Shown: piece by piece, positions 11,317 through 24,273 of the stretch
Position numbering within the stretch: position 1 is the first letter of the stretch
Layout: each line of letters starts with the position of its first letter
Made by a program: the position numbers and the translations under genes
Notes under the pieces: model-generated
Databases searched by the model: none
What the model was told of the DNA's origin: nothing
What the model saw: the letters and a program-made list of their open reading frames with translations, nothing else
Assembly: GCA_964016885.1 (NCBI GenBank)
Contig: OZ024763.1
Coordinates: forward strand, 868,001 to 932,000
From: Eledone cirrhosa
Lineage: Eukaryota
Reading direction: 5' to 3'
Length of the DNA stretch: 64,000 nucleotides

Positions 11317-12065
11317 CTGCACCAAAATACAACAAAAACAGTTATAAAATAATTATAAAATAGTAGGATTTTTTTTCAACACATGCTGACGTGTGCGTGT
11401 ATGTGTATGTGTGTATGTGTGTGTGTGTATATATAAAAAAAATGTCTCAAGTCTGTCTTAAGCCAGAAGGCTCATTTGGTACTTATCTCGGTTTCATAGC
11501 GTGAAGCGACTGAGAGTACAAGACTCCCCCCCTGGACAGGACACCAGTCCATCGCAGGGTTAAACCCCCAGCTATTGCTGATACTCATTTTCAGATGAGT
11601 ATACTGGAGCAACGTGAAATGAAGTGTTTTTCTCAAGAACACAACACACAACCCAGGAATCCAACCCAAGACATTATGATCATAAGTTCAACATCTTTAG
11701 TGCACCTGAGCACTGTACACAATAATTTCATTATTATTATTATTATTTTACCACTAGGCCACATGCCTCCACGTGTATATATATATATATATATACACTA
11801 GAGTCAGTAGGCACCTCTTAACTCTTTGTACATCCTACCGCCACACCCTACCCCATCCTTCCTCTCCCGTTCCGCCGTCCACTGTGTCGATGACACAACA
11901 GTCCACACTGTAAATGTGGTTGGTGTTACCAAGGACATCCAGCTGTAAAAAAAACCTGCCAGAGACACTTCCATGTGAGCGAGACATGTTCTCTCGACCA
12001 TTCTCGCATCGAATGGAACAAAACCGTCTAACCCATGCTAGCGTGGAACATGGACATTAAACGAT

Positions 12066-12540
12066 GATATATATATATATATATAATTATATATATGTAT
12101 GTGTGTGTATATATATGTGTGTTTGTATATATATATATATATGTGTGTGTGTATATATATATATGTGCGTGTGTGTATATATATATATGTGTGTGTGTAT
12201 ATATATATATATGTGCGTGTGTATATATATATATGTGTGCGTGTGTGTATATATATATATGTGTGTGTGTATATATATATATATGTGCGTGTGTATATAT
12301 ATATATGTGTGTGTGTGTGTGTATATATATATATGTGTGTGTGTATATATATATATGTGTGTGTGTATATATATATATGTGTGTGTGTATATATATATAT
12401 GTGCGTGTGTATATATATATATGTGCGTGTGTATATATATATATGTGTGTGTGTATATATATATATGTGTGTGTGTATATATATATGTGTGTGTGTATAT
12501 ATATATATATGTGTATATATATATACATATATATATATAG
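12066..12540. repeat. Compound (TA)n(TG)n microsatellite
   Basis: Seen directly in sequence. The overlapping Y/I/H/T ORFs are artefacts. Confidence 0.95.
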
Positions 12541-12542
12541 AC

Positions 12543-12647
12543 ATGAAGGTTAAAAAACACTTGTGAATAGTGCAGTTTTAAATCAACATATCTATATGAT
12601 ATGTTGATTTAAAACTGCACTATTCACAAGTGTTTTTTAACCTTCAT
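12543..12647. repeat. Perfect 50-bp inverted repeat, 5-nt loop
   Basis: 12543-12592 is the reverse complement of 12598-12647. It lies directly upstream of a hammerhead motif. Confidence 0.9.
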
Positions 12648-12659
12648 ATCATGTCTTCC

Positions 12660-12730
12660 TATTTTATCTGATGAAAACACAAATGTTATTGCATGATGAT
12701 ATTTGTTTTTGAAATGCGCATAATAAAATA
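12660..12730 (+). ncRNA. Minimal type I hammerhead ribozyme motif (Penelope-like element type)
   Basis: tattttat-CTGATGA-aaacacaaatgttatt..gatgatatttgttttt-GAAA-tgcgca-TA-ataaaata. Perfect 8-bp stem I, long stem II, palindromic stem III (ATGCGCAT), intact catalytic core. Confidence 0.72.
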
Positions 12731-12897
12731 CATGGAACTCTTTTAACCATCTTTTGATCTTATATATTATGTATACTCCAGTCCTACAAACTGTAGAGTG
12801 CTTCTTATCCGATATCTGCATTGCTTTATTGTACTACAATAAAACTCACCTCCTACATATATATATATATGTATATATGTGTATATATGTATGTATA

Positions 12898-12946
<49 letters not shown>

Positions 12947-13295
12947 ATATATATATATATATATATTATAATATATATATATACCCATACATATATGTGT
13001 GTGTGTGTGTGTGTCTGTGTGTGTATGTATCATCATCATCTTTGTTTAACATCTATTTTTCCATGCTAGCATGGGTTCGACAAGTTGTTACGTTATGAGA
13101 CAAGACAGGTGATCATATCTTGCTCATACAGACCTGTGTTTTGGCTTGATTTACAACAGATGAATGCCCTTCCTCATGCCAACCACATTACAGGGTGGAC
13201 TGGGTGCTTTTTATATACAGGTATAACAGTTAATACAGCAAAAATTAGGAAATAATTTTTTTTGGGGGGTGGGGTGATAACAATTTCCACTTTAC

Positions 13296-13376
13296 CAAAG
13301 CAAAAGTGAGAACTTCAGTGAAGCCAGCAGCTGCGATGTTGATCCTTAAAAGATCCCCTAATTGATTCATGGGAAC
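13296..13376 (-). CDS. FARSB: FARSB exon 15: VPMNQLGDLLRINIAAAGFTEVLTFAL
   Basis: Acceptor tttcag, donor GTAAAG, 81 nt. Confidence 0.95.
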
Positions 13377-13478
13377 CTGAAAAATAAATTATGGTAGAAG
13401 GGCTTTAGGAATTTTATATTACTAAATTTCTTAAATTTCTTGATTATTTAAAAGCCACAGACAGTGTTTTTTAATAGA

Positions 13479-13985
13479 AACTAGCAGAAAAACCACCCAA
13501 AGGATGGTTTTCTGCTAGCGCATATGTAATGTGCATATTGATATTATACATGATATAACCGTTATGATATAACAATACTAATATATGAATGTTTATATGA
13601 GTGTTATAATATAGTGTCCGTTATATCATAACCAGAAGTGTTGACATTTCAAAATTTTAAAAGAAGTGAATCTTAAAATAAGCAATCATTATATATAAGA
13701 ATATTTATGTTTAATCAACAGCTACGAAATTTAGTAGATAAATTAAGTAATATTCATTCATTATTTAGAGGGTCGGACGCCATGCTTTGACGCATAGAGT
13801 TACGGCCCTTGCCATTCTGAGTTCAACTCCCGCCGAAGTTAACTTTACCTTTCATCCTTACGGGGGTCGATAAAATAAAGTACCAGTAATGCACTGGGTA
13901 ATTGCTGGCCTTGTGCCAATAGTAGAAACAATTATTTATTCAAAGTAATCCAACTTATTTTACTAATGGGATAAAAAAATATATT
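13479..13985 (+). mobile_element. Non-autonomous element beginning ACTAGCAGAAAAACCACCC with a 5' hairpin (Helitron/Helentron-like), interrupted by a SINE
   Basis: Homologous to 16763-17233. The family assignment is tentative. Confidence 0.5.
13768..13930 (+). mobile_element. tRNA-SINE with MetaSINE-like core and 8-bp target duplication
   Basis: B box GAGTTCAACTCC, core CTTTCATCCTTACGGGGGTCGATAAAATAAAGTACC, and attattta on both sides. The empty site is seen at about 17145. At least 15 further copies occur in the window. Confidence 0.8.
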
Positions 13986-14099
13986 GAGGACACAATCCAC
14001 TACTCCTCCCTCTATTACATTATATGGTAGTGATGTTTCATGATAGCTACTCTTCAGCTTCCAGCTCAGAATACAGTGCTCTTTATATATATATACATA

Positions 14100-14962
14100 T
14101 ACCACACCACCCCCTAAAATGTGAAATTATGTTGGTACCACAACATCCAGTCCGAAACAAATGAGGTCGTGTAGGTGTCGCGACAAAAAAACACACAGTC
14201 CACGCTGTAATGTGGCCGTGTAGGTAACACGGTAAAAACCTCCCAGTCCACACTGTAAACGTGGTTGGTGTTGGGAAGGGCATCCAGCCGTAGAAAACCC
14301 GCCAGACGTGTAGGTGTCACGACAAAAAAACACACAGTCCACGCTGTAATGTGGCCGTGTAGGTAACACGGTAAAAACTTCCCAGTCCACACTGTAAACG
14401 TGGTTGGTGTTGGGAAGGGCATCCAGCCGTAGAAAACCCGCCAGACGTGTAGGTGTCACCACAAAAAAACACACAGTCCACGCTGTAATGTGGCCGTGTA
14501 GGTAACACGGTAAAAACCTCCCAGTCCACACTGTAAACGTGGTTGGTGTTGGGAAGGGCATCCAGCCGTAGAAAACCCGCCAGACGTGTAGGTGTCACGA
14601 CAAAAAAACACACAGTCCACGCTGTAATGTGGCCGTGTAGGTAACACGGTAAAAACTTCCCAGTCCACACTGTAAACGTGGTTGGTGTTGGGAAGGGCAT
14701 CCAGCCGTAGAAAACCCGCCAGACGTGTAGGTGTCACCACAAAAAAACACACAGTCCACGCTGTAATGTGGCCGTGTAGGTAACACAGTAAAAACCTCCC
14801 AGTCCACACTGTAAACGTGGTTGGTGTTAGGAAGGGCATCCAGCCGTGGAAAACCCGCCAGACTGTCCTGAGCAAGTCAACCAATCTTGCCTCAAGTGGA
14901 CAATTCCAATCCAGACCCATGCTAGCGTGGAAAATGGACGTTAAACGATGATGATGATGATA
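14100..14962 (+). mobile_element. SINE-like element with an internal 139-bp tandem array (5 copies) and (ATG)n tail
   Basis: Unit contains gtggttggtgttgggaagggcatccagccgtag. The 3' end is ccatgctagcgtggaaaatggacgttaaacgatgatgatg. Related copies at 11800-12070 (+) and 59270-59700 (-). Confidence 0.7.
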
Positions 14963-15186
14963 ATACAAGGACGATTTGTTAAGGCTTCATTATGTTTATT
15001 GATTGGTGACACGTGTTTCGCTATTGATCAGCTCAAGGTTTGATCTGTATCGATCTGGCCTGACTATCGAATCAAAAGCTCGTTGGGCCAAATCGATACA
15101 GATCGAACCTCGAGCTCATCAATAGCGAAATACGCCTCACCACTCAATAAATGTAATGAAGGCTTAACAAATTGTTCTTGTATTAT
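14961..15186. mobile_element. Fold-back (MITE-like) element, ~225-bp imperfect hairpin
   Basis: taatacaag..ttgttaag..ttcatta / taatgaag..cttaacaa..cttgtatta. A partial relative is at about 27110-27250. Confidence 0.65.
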
Positions 15187-16291
15187 TATATTTACACTCT
15201 GTTTAGCTCTACACCTCGCTACAGGTGTGAATCTAAACATTGTGTGCTCACCTGGGTGAACCTACAGTAATTTCACATTACACTCCCTGGATCACTGATG
15301 AGGGACTCATTTTATAACATGTTATCCATGTGCAACCTGCAGTATTCTTCTCCCCATTTTTTCACATATATTTACCTAAACTGCGATTCTGTTTTTCTCT
15401 CTCTCTCTTACTGCTCCCTCGTTCTCTCTGTTTCTCTTACTTTCTTTCGCCCCCTCTGTCATGTCAGTTAACACTTTCTCTCTACTGACCTCTTCCTCAC
15501 ACTTCCACTCACTCACTCACTGTTTCTCCCCTTCTCACTTCACCCCGTTCGCGACGAAAACAATTTCCTTCTTTCTTACATTGGATTCATCTCGAAAGGT
15601 CTATTTTCTACGCGCTCATATATTCACCCAGCTTATGCTGACAGAATAACTATGTAGCTTGTGCCTCTTCCTATCTACGGTTAGCTTTCCTCTTTGTTGT
15701 TTACTTGTCTCACTCGCTTTACGCGTTCTAATTGTCCTAATAACTTAATTTAGTTATTATTGCACCAACGTGAGGTATATGATTTTTAATGCAATGAAAT
15801 TTCTATGATCGTTGGCAAATCACTGATGAGGGACTCATTTTATAACATGTTATCCATGTGCAACCTGCAGTATTCTTCTCCCCATTTTTTCATATATATA
15901 TATATAGGTACACTAATTTCCATTATATATATATAGGTACACATGTGTGTGTATCTGTGTGTATGTTATGACTCATACACTGTTCACTTTTCTGACATTT
16001 GTACAATTCTATGTAATATACATGCACCTTTGATGATTTGTAGTGCACCTGAGCCCTGTAGTCAATAATTTTCATTAGAGTTATGGGCCTTTGCGTTCTG
16101 AGTTCAAATCCTGTCGAGGTTAACTTTGCCTTTCATCTTTACGGGGTCGATAAAATAAAATACCAGTCACGCACTGGGGTAATTGCTAGCCTTGTGCCAA
16201 AAGTAGAAACAATTATTATAAACAGAAGTAAAAATATAAAAAAAAAAGAAATCAGTGTAAATGAGTAATAAGGTGTATATTTCCTACTTAC

Positions 16292-16392
16292 CTGTGTAGC
16301 TATTGTATAGGTATGAGGAAAGGTGTATGTAATATTGTCATAGCCATATGCTATGGCAACATCCTCTATTATATCACAAGCATGGATGATAT
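16292..16392 (-). CDS. FARSB: FARSB exon 14: [34 protein letters not shown]
   Basis: Conserved B5 Mg-binding motif DIxHxCDxxED; AG/GTAAGT boundaries; 101 nt. Confidence 0.96.
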
Positions 16393-16762
16393 CTGACCAA
16401 TATTAAGGAATAACAGAACTTAGGGAAAACATGGGAATATATCGGCCTTTCTGATTGGTCAGTAGTCTTTGACCAATTAAATTTCATCATTCTCCCCCAC
16501 CCCAACAAAGAAGGAAAAAACACAAGCAAAGGTTGTGGTTCAATTCTCAGACAGGGTGATGTGTTGTGTCCTTGTGCAAGACACTTTATTTCATGTTGAT
16601 CCTTCTGCCAGGAGTTGCAACAGGTAGATAGTATCAGCAATGGAAAGACCAATGGAAACACTGTTTCCTTGGTCAGATTTGACGAGGTCCACCCCACTCG
16701 GCAAGCAAATGAGGGCTGGGATCTTGTCAATTGGTCAGAGCAAGCAAGCGGCTATTATATAT

Positions 16763-17233
16763 ACTAGCAGAAAAACCACCCTTCGGGTGGTTTTCTGCTA
16801 GCGTGTGTAGTGTGAATATTGATGTTATACGCAAGTATATATACATGTAGATATGATACATCAAATAAAATCATAATTGACAATATACACAGAAATTGAA
16901 CGAAGACTGCGTTACACTGTCTTATGTAATCAGTAACGTAATCCATGATACATTAAAAAAAGACGATATTATATATAAACTGCATTAGGAGAAAATTAAT
17001 GATGGAAATATATGAATGTTTATTTAAGCGATCGCTAACTGGAAGTGTTGACATTTGAAAATTTTAAAGAAGTGAATCTTTAAATAAGTAATTAAATAAT
17101 GAACAGCCACAAAATTTAATAGATAAATTATGTAATATTCATTCGTTATTTATTCAAAGTAATCCAACTTATTTTATAAATGGGACAAAAAATTATAAAC
17201 CGTATGCAGTCCTTACTTTATTATAGTTTAGAT
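16763..17233 (+). mobile_element. Second copy of the ACTAGC-start non-autonomous element
   Basis: 5' hairpin ctagcagaaaaaccaccc-ttc-gggtggttttctgctag, 3' end tatagtttagat; aligns with 13479-13985. Confidence 0.55.
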
Positions 17234-17583
17234 ATCATTGTTTAACATCTGCTTTCCTTGCTAGCAAGGGTTGGACAGGTCTATATCTCTTTCTCACTTC
17301 CTTTTTCTCTCTCCTTCTCTGGTAGAAATAGGCTATATTGAAACCTGGAGAAGGGATGGGCTCTGCCAGCTTTAAAAAATGCTCAAGAAACACTATATGA
17401 CACCCCTATGAGTATTCCATTAGATGTCCTGGGTTCATGCATACACTTCTATATATTACAGACTATATATTAGTTTTGTATACTATATACTATAGAAGTT
17501 AAGGGCTGAAGCACTTGCTTGAAGGGGGAATTTCTTCATTGAAGATCTTCTGTCCAGCTATCCTGAGAGTTTCCTACCACTAT

Positions 17584-17929
17584 ATCATCATCATCATCAT
17601 TTCATTTTACGTCCACTTTTTCCCTGCTTGCAAGGGTGGGACGGGAACTGATGCTGGCTTGATTTCTACAGCTGGATGCCCTTCCTAACACCAACCTCAT
17701 TTACAGTGAGTGCTGGGTGCTTTTTTGCCGTGGCACCTCCACGACCACTTTGCAGTGGTATGATAGGGACCCCAGTCCCTATCACCTCATTTCTACAGCT
17801 GAGTAAACTGGAGCAATGTGAAATAAAGTGTCTTGCTCAAGGAAACAACACATCACCCAGTCTGAGAATTGAACTCACAACCTTTCGATTGCAAGGCCAA
17901 TGCTCTAACCACTAAGCCATGTGCCTCCA
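17584..17929 (-). mobile_element. Full-length tRNA/CORE-like SINE with RTE-derived tail
   Basis: Reverse-complement copy of 56156-56480. Confidence 0.8.
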
Positions 17930-18217
17930 TATATATATATATACATATATATACATATATAAATTAGGGGCTAAAACACTCGCTTGAGGGAGGTTTCTTC
18001 TTTGAAGAACCTTCTGCTGTTCAGCTCCCCTGAGAGTGTCTTACCCCCCCTTCTACATTACACAACTTCACAACTGCAGACTCACTCTCTTGAGAATGTC
18101 TTACCCCTCCATTCTACATTACACACCTGCAATCTCGCTCTCCCGAGAGTAACTTGCATTACATTCTACATTACACAACTGCAGCCTCTCTCTCTTCATA
18201 TTTTTCTATAAGGATAC

Positions 18218-18321
18218 CAGTTCTCGTTGGTGGAATATTAACTTCAATTTGGTCATCGTCAATTAAACGACTCTTCAAACACATCTTCGTCAACAGACTG
18301 GCAATACATTCAGGATGTTTA
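18218..18321 (-). CDS. FARSB: FARSB exon 13: KHPECIASLLTKMCLKSRLIDDDQIEVNIPPTRT
   Basis: Acceptor tttcag, donor GTATCC, 104 nt, IPPTR motif. Confidence 0.93.
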
Positions 18322-18840
18322 CTGAAAAATAGAAACCAGTTAACTCTTAATATCCCGCAATGATTCAGCAGAAAATATATTAAAAAATAACAAGGTCTGT
18401 TTATCCAAATGTTTATAGTATCTTTATAAGTGGACAGATCATTGTGAAAATTTGTAATGCTCGAGTAAAGATTATTTTTTAATGTGATGTAGTCATAGTA
18501 TTGTTTTGTAGTTTTCAAGAAAGTCTTACTAATGTGGCTTTGTGTGGTTTGTTAATTCAAATGTTTATAGTATCTTTACTAGTGAACAGATTGTAAAAAT
18601 TCATAGTATTACAGTAAAGACTTTATTATTTAATATGAGGCAGTTGTTATGTTCCAAACAGCAGCTGAATAACAAGAAAGTTAGTTATTTTACTAAATCC
18701 TTCCAAATTCTGGATTATTTTCAGAACTATTTGAAAATCACAGGCCAAGTCTTTCAACAGAAATATGGTAATGAAAAGATTAAAGTGTGTTTACAAACAC
18801 AAACAATACAAAGAATGAAATAAAGTTCACACCAACTTAC

Positions 18841-18902
18841 TTGATTCCAATTTTAGAATTAATTGTTTTTGCACTAATAACCTCTTTTCGATAGGCAAGT
18901 TC
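18841..18902 (-). CDS. FARSB: FARSB exon 12: ELAYRKEVISAKTINSKIGI
   Basis: Acceptor ccag, donor GTAAGT, 62 nt. Confidence 0.93.
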
Positions 18903-18965
18903 CTGGTGAAATATAAGGCAGGTTTATTGGTAAAATATTTTCCTCAAATAGACAATAATAAGCAT

Positions 18966-19160
18966 ATTATTATTACTAATATCATTATTATTATTATTTT
19001 TTATTGCACATCCGAGCACAGCTCTGTGCACCTTGGGTATGTGCAGTGTAGTTTTTGCTGATGTTGTTTCTATTGTATTGATAGTAATTTTCATATGTGT
19101 GCAGTGCCTAGTAGTGCTATCTCTTGTATGTTGTATATATTTGTAAGTCCTGTGGTACTC
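18966..19160 (-). mobile_element. 3' end of an R4/Dong-like non-LTR retrotransposon with (TAA)n tail
   Basis: Minus strand encodes GLTNIYNIQEIALLGTAHI*KLLSIQ*, resembling the C-terminal IQKxxLLGTAHILR motif, followed by a short UTR and TAA repeats. Confidence 0.6.
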
Positions 19161-21080
19161 TATATAATATATATATACAGTACCTAGTAGTGCTATCTTT
19201 TGTATGCTGTATATATTTGTAAGTCTTGTGGTACTCTATATAATATATATATACAGTACCTAGTAGTGCTATCTTTTGTATGCTGTATATATTTGTAAGT
19301 CCTGTGGTACTCTATATAATATATATACAGTACCTAGTAGTGCTATCTTTTGTATACTGTATATATTTGTAAGTCTTGTGGTACTCTATATAATATATAT
19401 ATACAGTACCTAGTAGTGCTATCTTTTGTATGCTGTATATATTTGTAAGTCCTGTGGTACTCTATATAATATATATACAGTACCTAGTAGTGCTATCTTT
19501 TGTATACTGTATATATTTGTAAGTCTTGTGGTACTCTATATAATATATATATACAGTACCTAGTAGTGCTATCTTTTGTATACTGTATATATTTGTAAGT
19601 CCTGTGGTACTCTATATAATATATATATATACAGTACCTAGTAGTGCTATCTTTTGTATACTGTATATATTTGTAAGTCTTGTGGTACTCTATATAATAT
19701 ATATATACAGTACCTAGTAGTGCTATCTTTTGTATGCTGTATATATTTGTAAGTCCTGTGGTACTCTATATAATATATATACAGTACCTAGTAGTGCTAT
19801 CTTTTGTATGCTGTATATATTTGTAAGTCCTGTGGTACTCTATATAATATATATACAGTACCTAGTAGTGCTATCTTTTGTATACTGTATATATTTGTAA
19901 GTCTTGTGGTACTCTATATAATATATATATACAGTACCTAGTAGTGCTATCTTTTGTATACTGTATATATTTGTAAGTCCTGTGGTACTCTATATAATAT
20001 ATATATATATACAGTACCTAGTAGTGCTATCTTTTGTATGCTGTATATATTTGTAAGTCCTGTGGTAGTCTATATAATATATATATACAGTACCTAGTAG
20101 TGCTATCTTTTGTATACTGTATATATTTGTAAGTCCTGTGGTACTCTATATAATATATATATATAGTATCTAGTAATGCTATCTTTTGTATGTTGTATAT
20201 ATTTGTAAGTCCTGTGGTACTCTATATAATATATATATTTAGTACCTAGTAGTGCTATCTTTTGTATGTTGTATATATTTGTAAGTCCTGTGGTACTCTA
20301 TATAATATATATACAGTACCTAGTAGTGCTATCTCTTGTATGTTGTATATATTTGTAAGTCCTGTGGTACTCTATATAATATATATATATACAGTACCTA
20401 GTAATGCTATCTTTTGTATGCTGTATATATTTGTAAGTCCTGTGGTACTCTATATAATATATATACAGTACCTAGTCGTGCTATCTTTTGTATACTGTAT
20501 ATATTTGTAAGTCCTGTGGTAGTCTATATAATATATATACAGTACCTAGTCGTGCTATCTTTTGTATACTGTATATATTTGTAAGTCCTGTGGTAGTCTA
20601 TATAATATATATACAGTACCTAGTCGTGCTATCTTTTGTATACTGTATATATTTGTAAGTCCTGTGGTAGTCTATATAATATATATACAGTACCTAGTAA
20701 TGCTATCTTTTGTATACTGTATATATTTGTAAGTCCTGTGGTAGTCTATATAATATATATACAGTACCTAGTCGTGCTATCTTTTGTATACTGTATATAT
20801 TTTGTAAGTCCTGGGGTAGTCTATATAATATATATACAGTACCTAGTCGTGCTATCTTTTGTATACTGTATATATTTTGTAAGTCCTGGGGTACTCTATA
20901 TAATATATATACAGTACCTAGTAGTGCTATCTTTTGTATACTGTATATATTTGTAAGTCCTGGGGTACTCTATATAATATATATATACAGTACCTAGTAG
21001 TGCTATCTTTTGTATACTGTATATATTTGTAAGTCCTGGGGTACTCTATATAATATACTCTATAATATATATATACAGTA
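19100..21080. repeat. 74-80-bp minisatellite (~26 copies) derived from the R4/Dong-like ORF end
   Basis: Unit cagtacctagtagtgctatcttttgtatgctgtatatatttgtaagtcctgtggtactctatataatatatata. Confidence 0.92.
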
Positions 21081-21329
21081 TCTCACATAATATCAAATCT
21101 ATAAGATTTTGATGTTATTTATTTTGAGAACAATACCTTAACATCATTATGAGAGGCCATACTGGGGCCAAGTAGGGGCCGAGGTATCGGAGTCAGATCA
21201 TCGTGTCATCTTGCATTTGGCCATCGCCACTGTCCACTCTGTTGTCTCTGCAATGAGAGACGTGGGTCATCTGGCCTTCAGCCACCCTCTCGTTCTTCTC
21301 CACTGTCTCGGTGTCCACAGTGATGCTTA

Positions 21330-22110
21330 CACACACTCAACATGCACACACAAACACGCAGACACACACTCAACACACACTCAACACACACACACAAACA
21401 CGCAGACACACACTCAACACACAGACACACACGCAGACACACACTCAACACACACATACAAACACGCAGACACACACTCAACACACAGACACACACTCAA
21501 CACGCACACACAAACACACACTCAACATGCACACACAAACACGCAGACACACACTCAACACGCAGACACACACTCAACACACAGACACACACTCAACACG
21601 CACACACAAACACACACTCAACACACACATACAAACACGCAGACACACACTCAACACGCAGACACACACTCAACACACAGACACACACTCAACACGCACA
21701 CACAAACACGCAGACACACACTCAACACACAGACACACACTCAACACGCACACACAAACACGCAGACACACACTCAACACACAGACACACACTCAATACG
21801 CACACACAAACACGCAGACACACACTCAACACGCAGACACACACTCAACACACAGACACACACTCAACACGCACACACAAACACGCAGACACACACTCAA
21901 CACACAGACACACACTCAACACGCACACACAAACACACAGACACACACTCAACACGCACACACAAACACGCAGACACACACGCACACACAAACACACACT
22001 CAACACGCACACACAAACACGCAGACACACACTCAACACGCACACACAAACACGCAGGCACACACTCAACACACACATACAAACATAGACACACACACCA
22101 CCACACCACC
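21330..22110. repeat. CA-rich compound minisatellite
   Basis: acacactcaacacgcacacacaaacacgcag variants. The H/T/Q-rich ORFs are artefacts. Confidence 0.92.
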
Positions 22111-22126
22111 ACACTGTTATACTCAC

Positions 22127-22178
22127 AGGATATTTCACCACTGTACCATCAGACTGAACAACCTCCACGACTTCAACT
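22127..22178 (-). CDS. FARSB: FARSB exon 11: VEVVEVVQSDGTVVKYP
   Basis: Acceptor tttcag, donor GTGAGT, 52 nt. Confidence 0.9.
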
Positions 22179-22269
22179 CTGAAATGAAATATTGGAAATC
22201 AATCAATACAATCAATAACAACAACAGCAACTTCAACTCTGTAAATATTTCTACATTTTTTTTCATAGC

Positions 22270-22866
22270 ACCCCCCCCTCCTCCTCCTCCTCCTCCCGCG
22301 ACACTACCCCCACCACCACCTCCTCCATATCACCCCACCCCTTCCCCGTATGACACTGCACCCACCACCTCCTCCATACCACCCCACCCCCATCCCTCTC
22401 CCCCCACTACACTACCCCCGCCACCTCCTCCATATCACCCCCACCCCTTTCCCTCCCCCACATGACACTACCCCCGCCACCTCCTCCATATCACCCCGCC
22501 CCTTCCCCCCTATGACACTACCCCCACCACCTCCTCCATATCACCCCGCCCTATGGCACTACCCCCACCACCTCCTCCATATCACACACACCCCCCATGA
22601 CACTACCCCCACCACCTCCTCCATATCACCCCCCACCTCCTCCATATCACCACCCCCCATGACACTACCCCCACCACCTCCTCCATATCACCCCGCCCTA
22701 TGACACTACCCCCACCACCTCCTCCATATCACCCCCCCCATGACACCACCACCACCACCTCCTCCATATCACCCCCCCCCATGACACTACCCCCACCACC
22801 TCCTCCATATCACCCCTCCCCATGACACTACCCCCGCCCACCACCTCCTCCATATCACCACACCCC
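22270..22866. repeat. C-rich ~38-40-bp minisatellite
   Basis: Unit atgacactacccccaccacctcctccatatcaccccc. Confidence 0.88.
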
Positions 22867-23013
22867 TGAGTAGCCTCTCTGCATATAAGTATATTAGTAG
22901 ATGATATACTTATATGCAGAGAGGTTACAAAATAACTTATAAAATAAAGCGTTATGCTCAAGAGGGAAGATATCCTCTAAGGTGACATAAAATAAATGGT
23001 ATTGGTTACTTAC

Positions 23014-23146
23014 TGAAAAGGATTGCTACAGTACTGACTAAACATGGTGACAATAGTATCTAGAACAGCTTTTGCCTTGTTCAAATCTGTCGCTGTACAC
23101 TCAATAAATATATTCTTGGTGTTCAGAGTTATTTTAGAATGATCAC
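23014..23146 (-). CDS. FARSB: FARSB exon 10: [43 protein letters not shown]
   Basis: AG/GTAAGT boundaries, 133 nt. Confidence 0.96.
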
Positions 23147-24273
23147 CTGAAAATAACAGGAAATAATTTGGATTAACTCTTAACATCCTGTAATGACACA
23201 GCAGAAAATATCTAAAATTTCTTACTCTTACTTTTCAATATGATGTCACTGACACTGTCAATAATAATTGTTTCTACTTTAGGCACAAGGTAATTACCCA
23301 GTGCGTTACTGGTACTTTATTTTATCGACCCCGTAAGGATGAAAGGCAAAGTCAACCTCGGCAGGATTTGAACTCAGATCGTAAAGGGACGTAACTATGC
23401 TGGAAAGCATGACGTCCGACTCTCTACCGATACTGCCAATCCACTGCCCTGTCAATCCACTGCCCTGTCAATAATAATGTATCTTAATGAATGTTCTAAG
23501 GACTAGGAATGTAATTACTTGTTTAAACATTGTGTATGCACCGATGATTCCAGACATTTGTCTGGAAGAAACGATCGTCAGCAATTAAATGTATTAAACA
23601 AAAATTTGATTGTTTTACATTTTGTATTTCTGCTCTGTAATACATCTGATATTTTACATTGAGCTATTTTTCTTACTGGTAATCGGGTAGTAAAACATAC
23701 TGCCCTTTTGTATTTATGAAAACAGGTTTATTAATTTAAATATTTATAGTATCTTTACTACTGAATAGATCATTGTGAAAATTAGTAGAATTACAATAAA
23801 GATTTTAATATTTAAGTCTTAACATCCTGTAAGGATTGAGCAGAAAATATCTAAAAACAGTTTTGTTAATTCAAATAATTATAGTATCTTTACAAGTGGT
23901 CATATGGTTGTGAAAATTTATAGTATCAGAATAATAGCGTTAATATTTAATGTTTCATGTGTATGGTTGTTAGTTGAGTGATAATATCCTGTAATCAGCA
24001 GAAATCAAGATAGGACTTGGGCCCCTATCATTAAAACACCAGAGAAACCTCTTATGTGATGCAACATTGAGGCCAGCTAAACCAACATAGGTGTGAGCTG
24101 TAGCAACTTGATAGGACTTTGGGCTCCATCATAAGAAACCTCTTGTAAGACGTAACTTGATAAGAGGCCAGCTAATCCTACATTAGTTGAAGCTGTACCT
24201 TTTTAAAAAACATTTTCACCTGACCAAGGACTACACAACAACAATAACAACATTACAAACAATATATATTTAC

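Noticed and set aside
12028-12566. Six overlapping 150-170 aa ORFs
   Set aside because: They are translations of (TA)n(TG)n microsatellite.
15291-15895. About 78-bp direct repeats containing CTGATGAG (possible pLTR hammerhead)
   Set aside because: No GAAA or stem III follows. The repeat is real but a ribozyme is not supported.
21211-22703. His/Thr/Gln- and Pro-rich ORFs of 117-384 aa
   Set aside because: Low-complexity CA-rich and C-rich intronic repeats antisense to FARSB.
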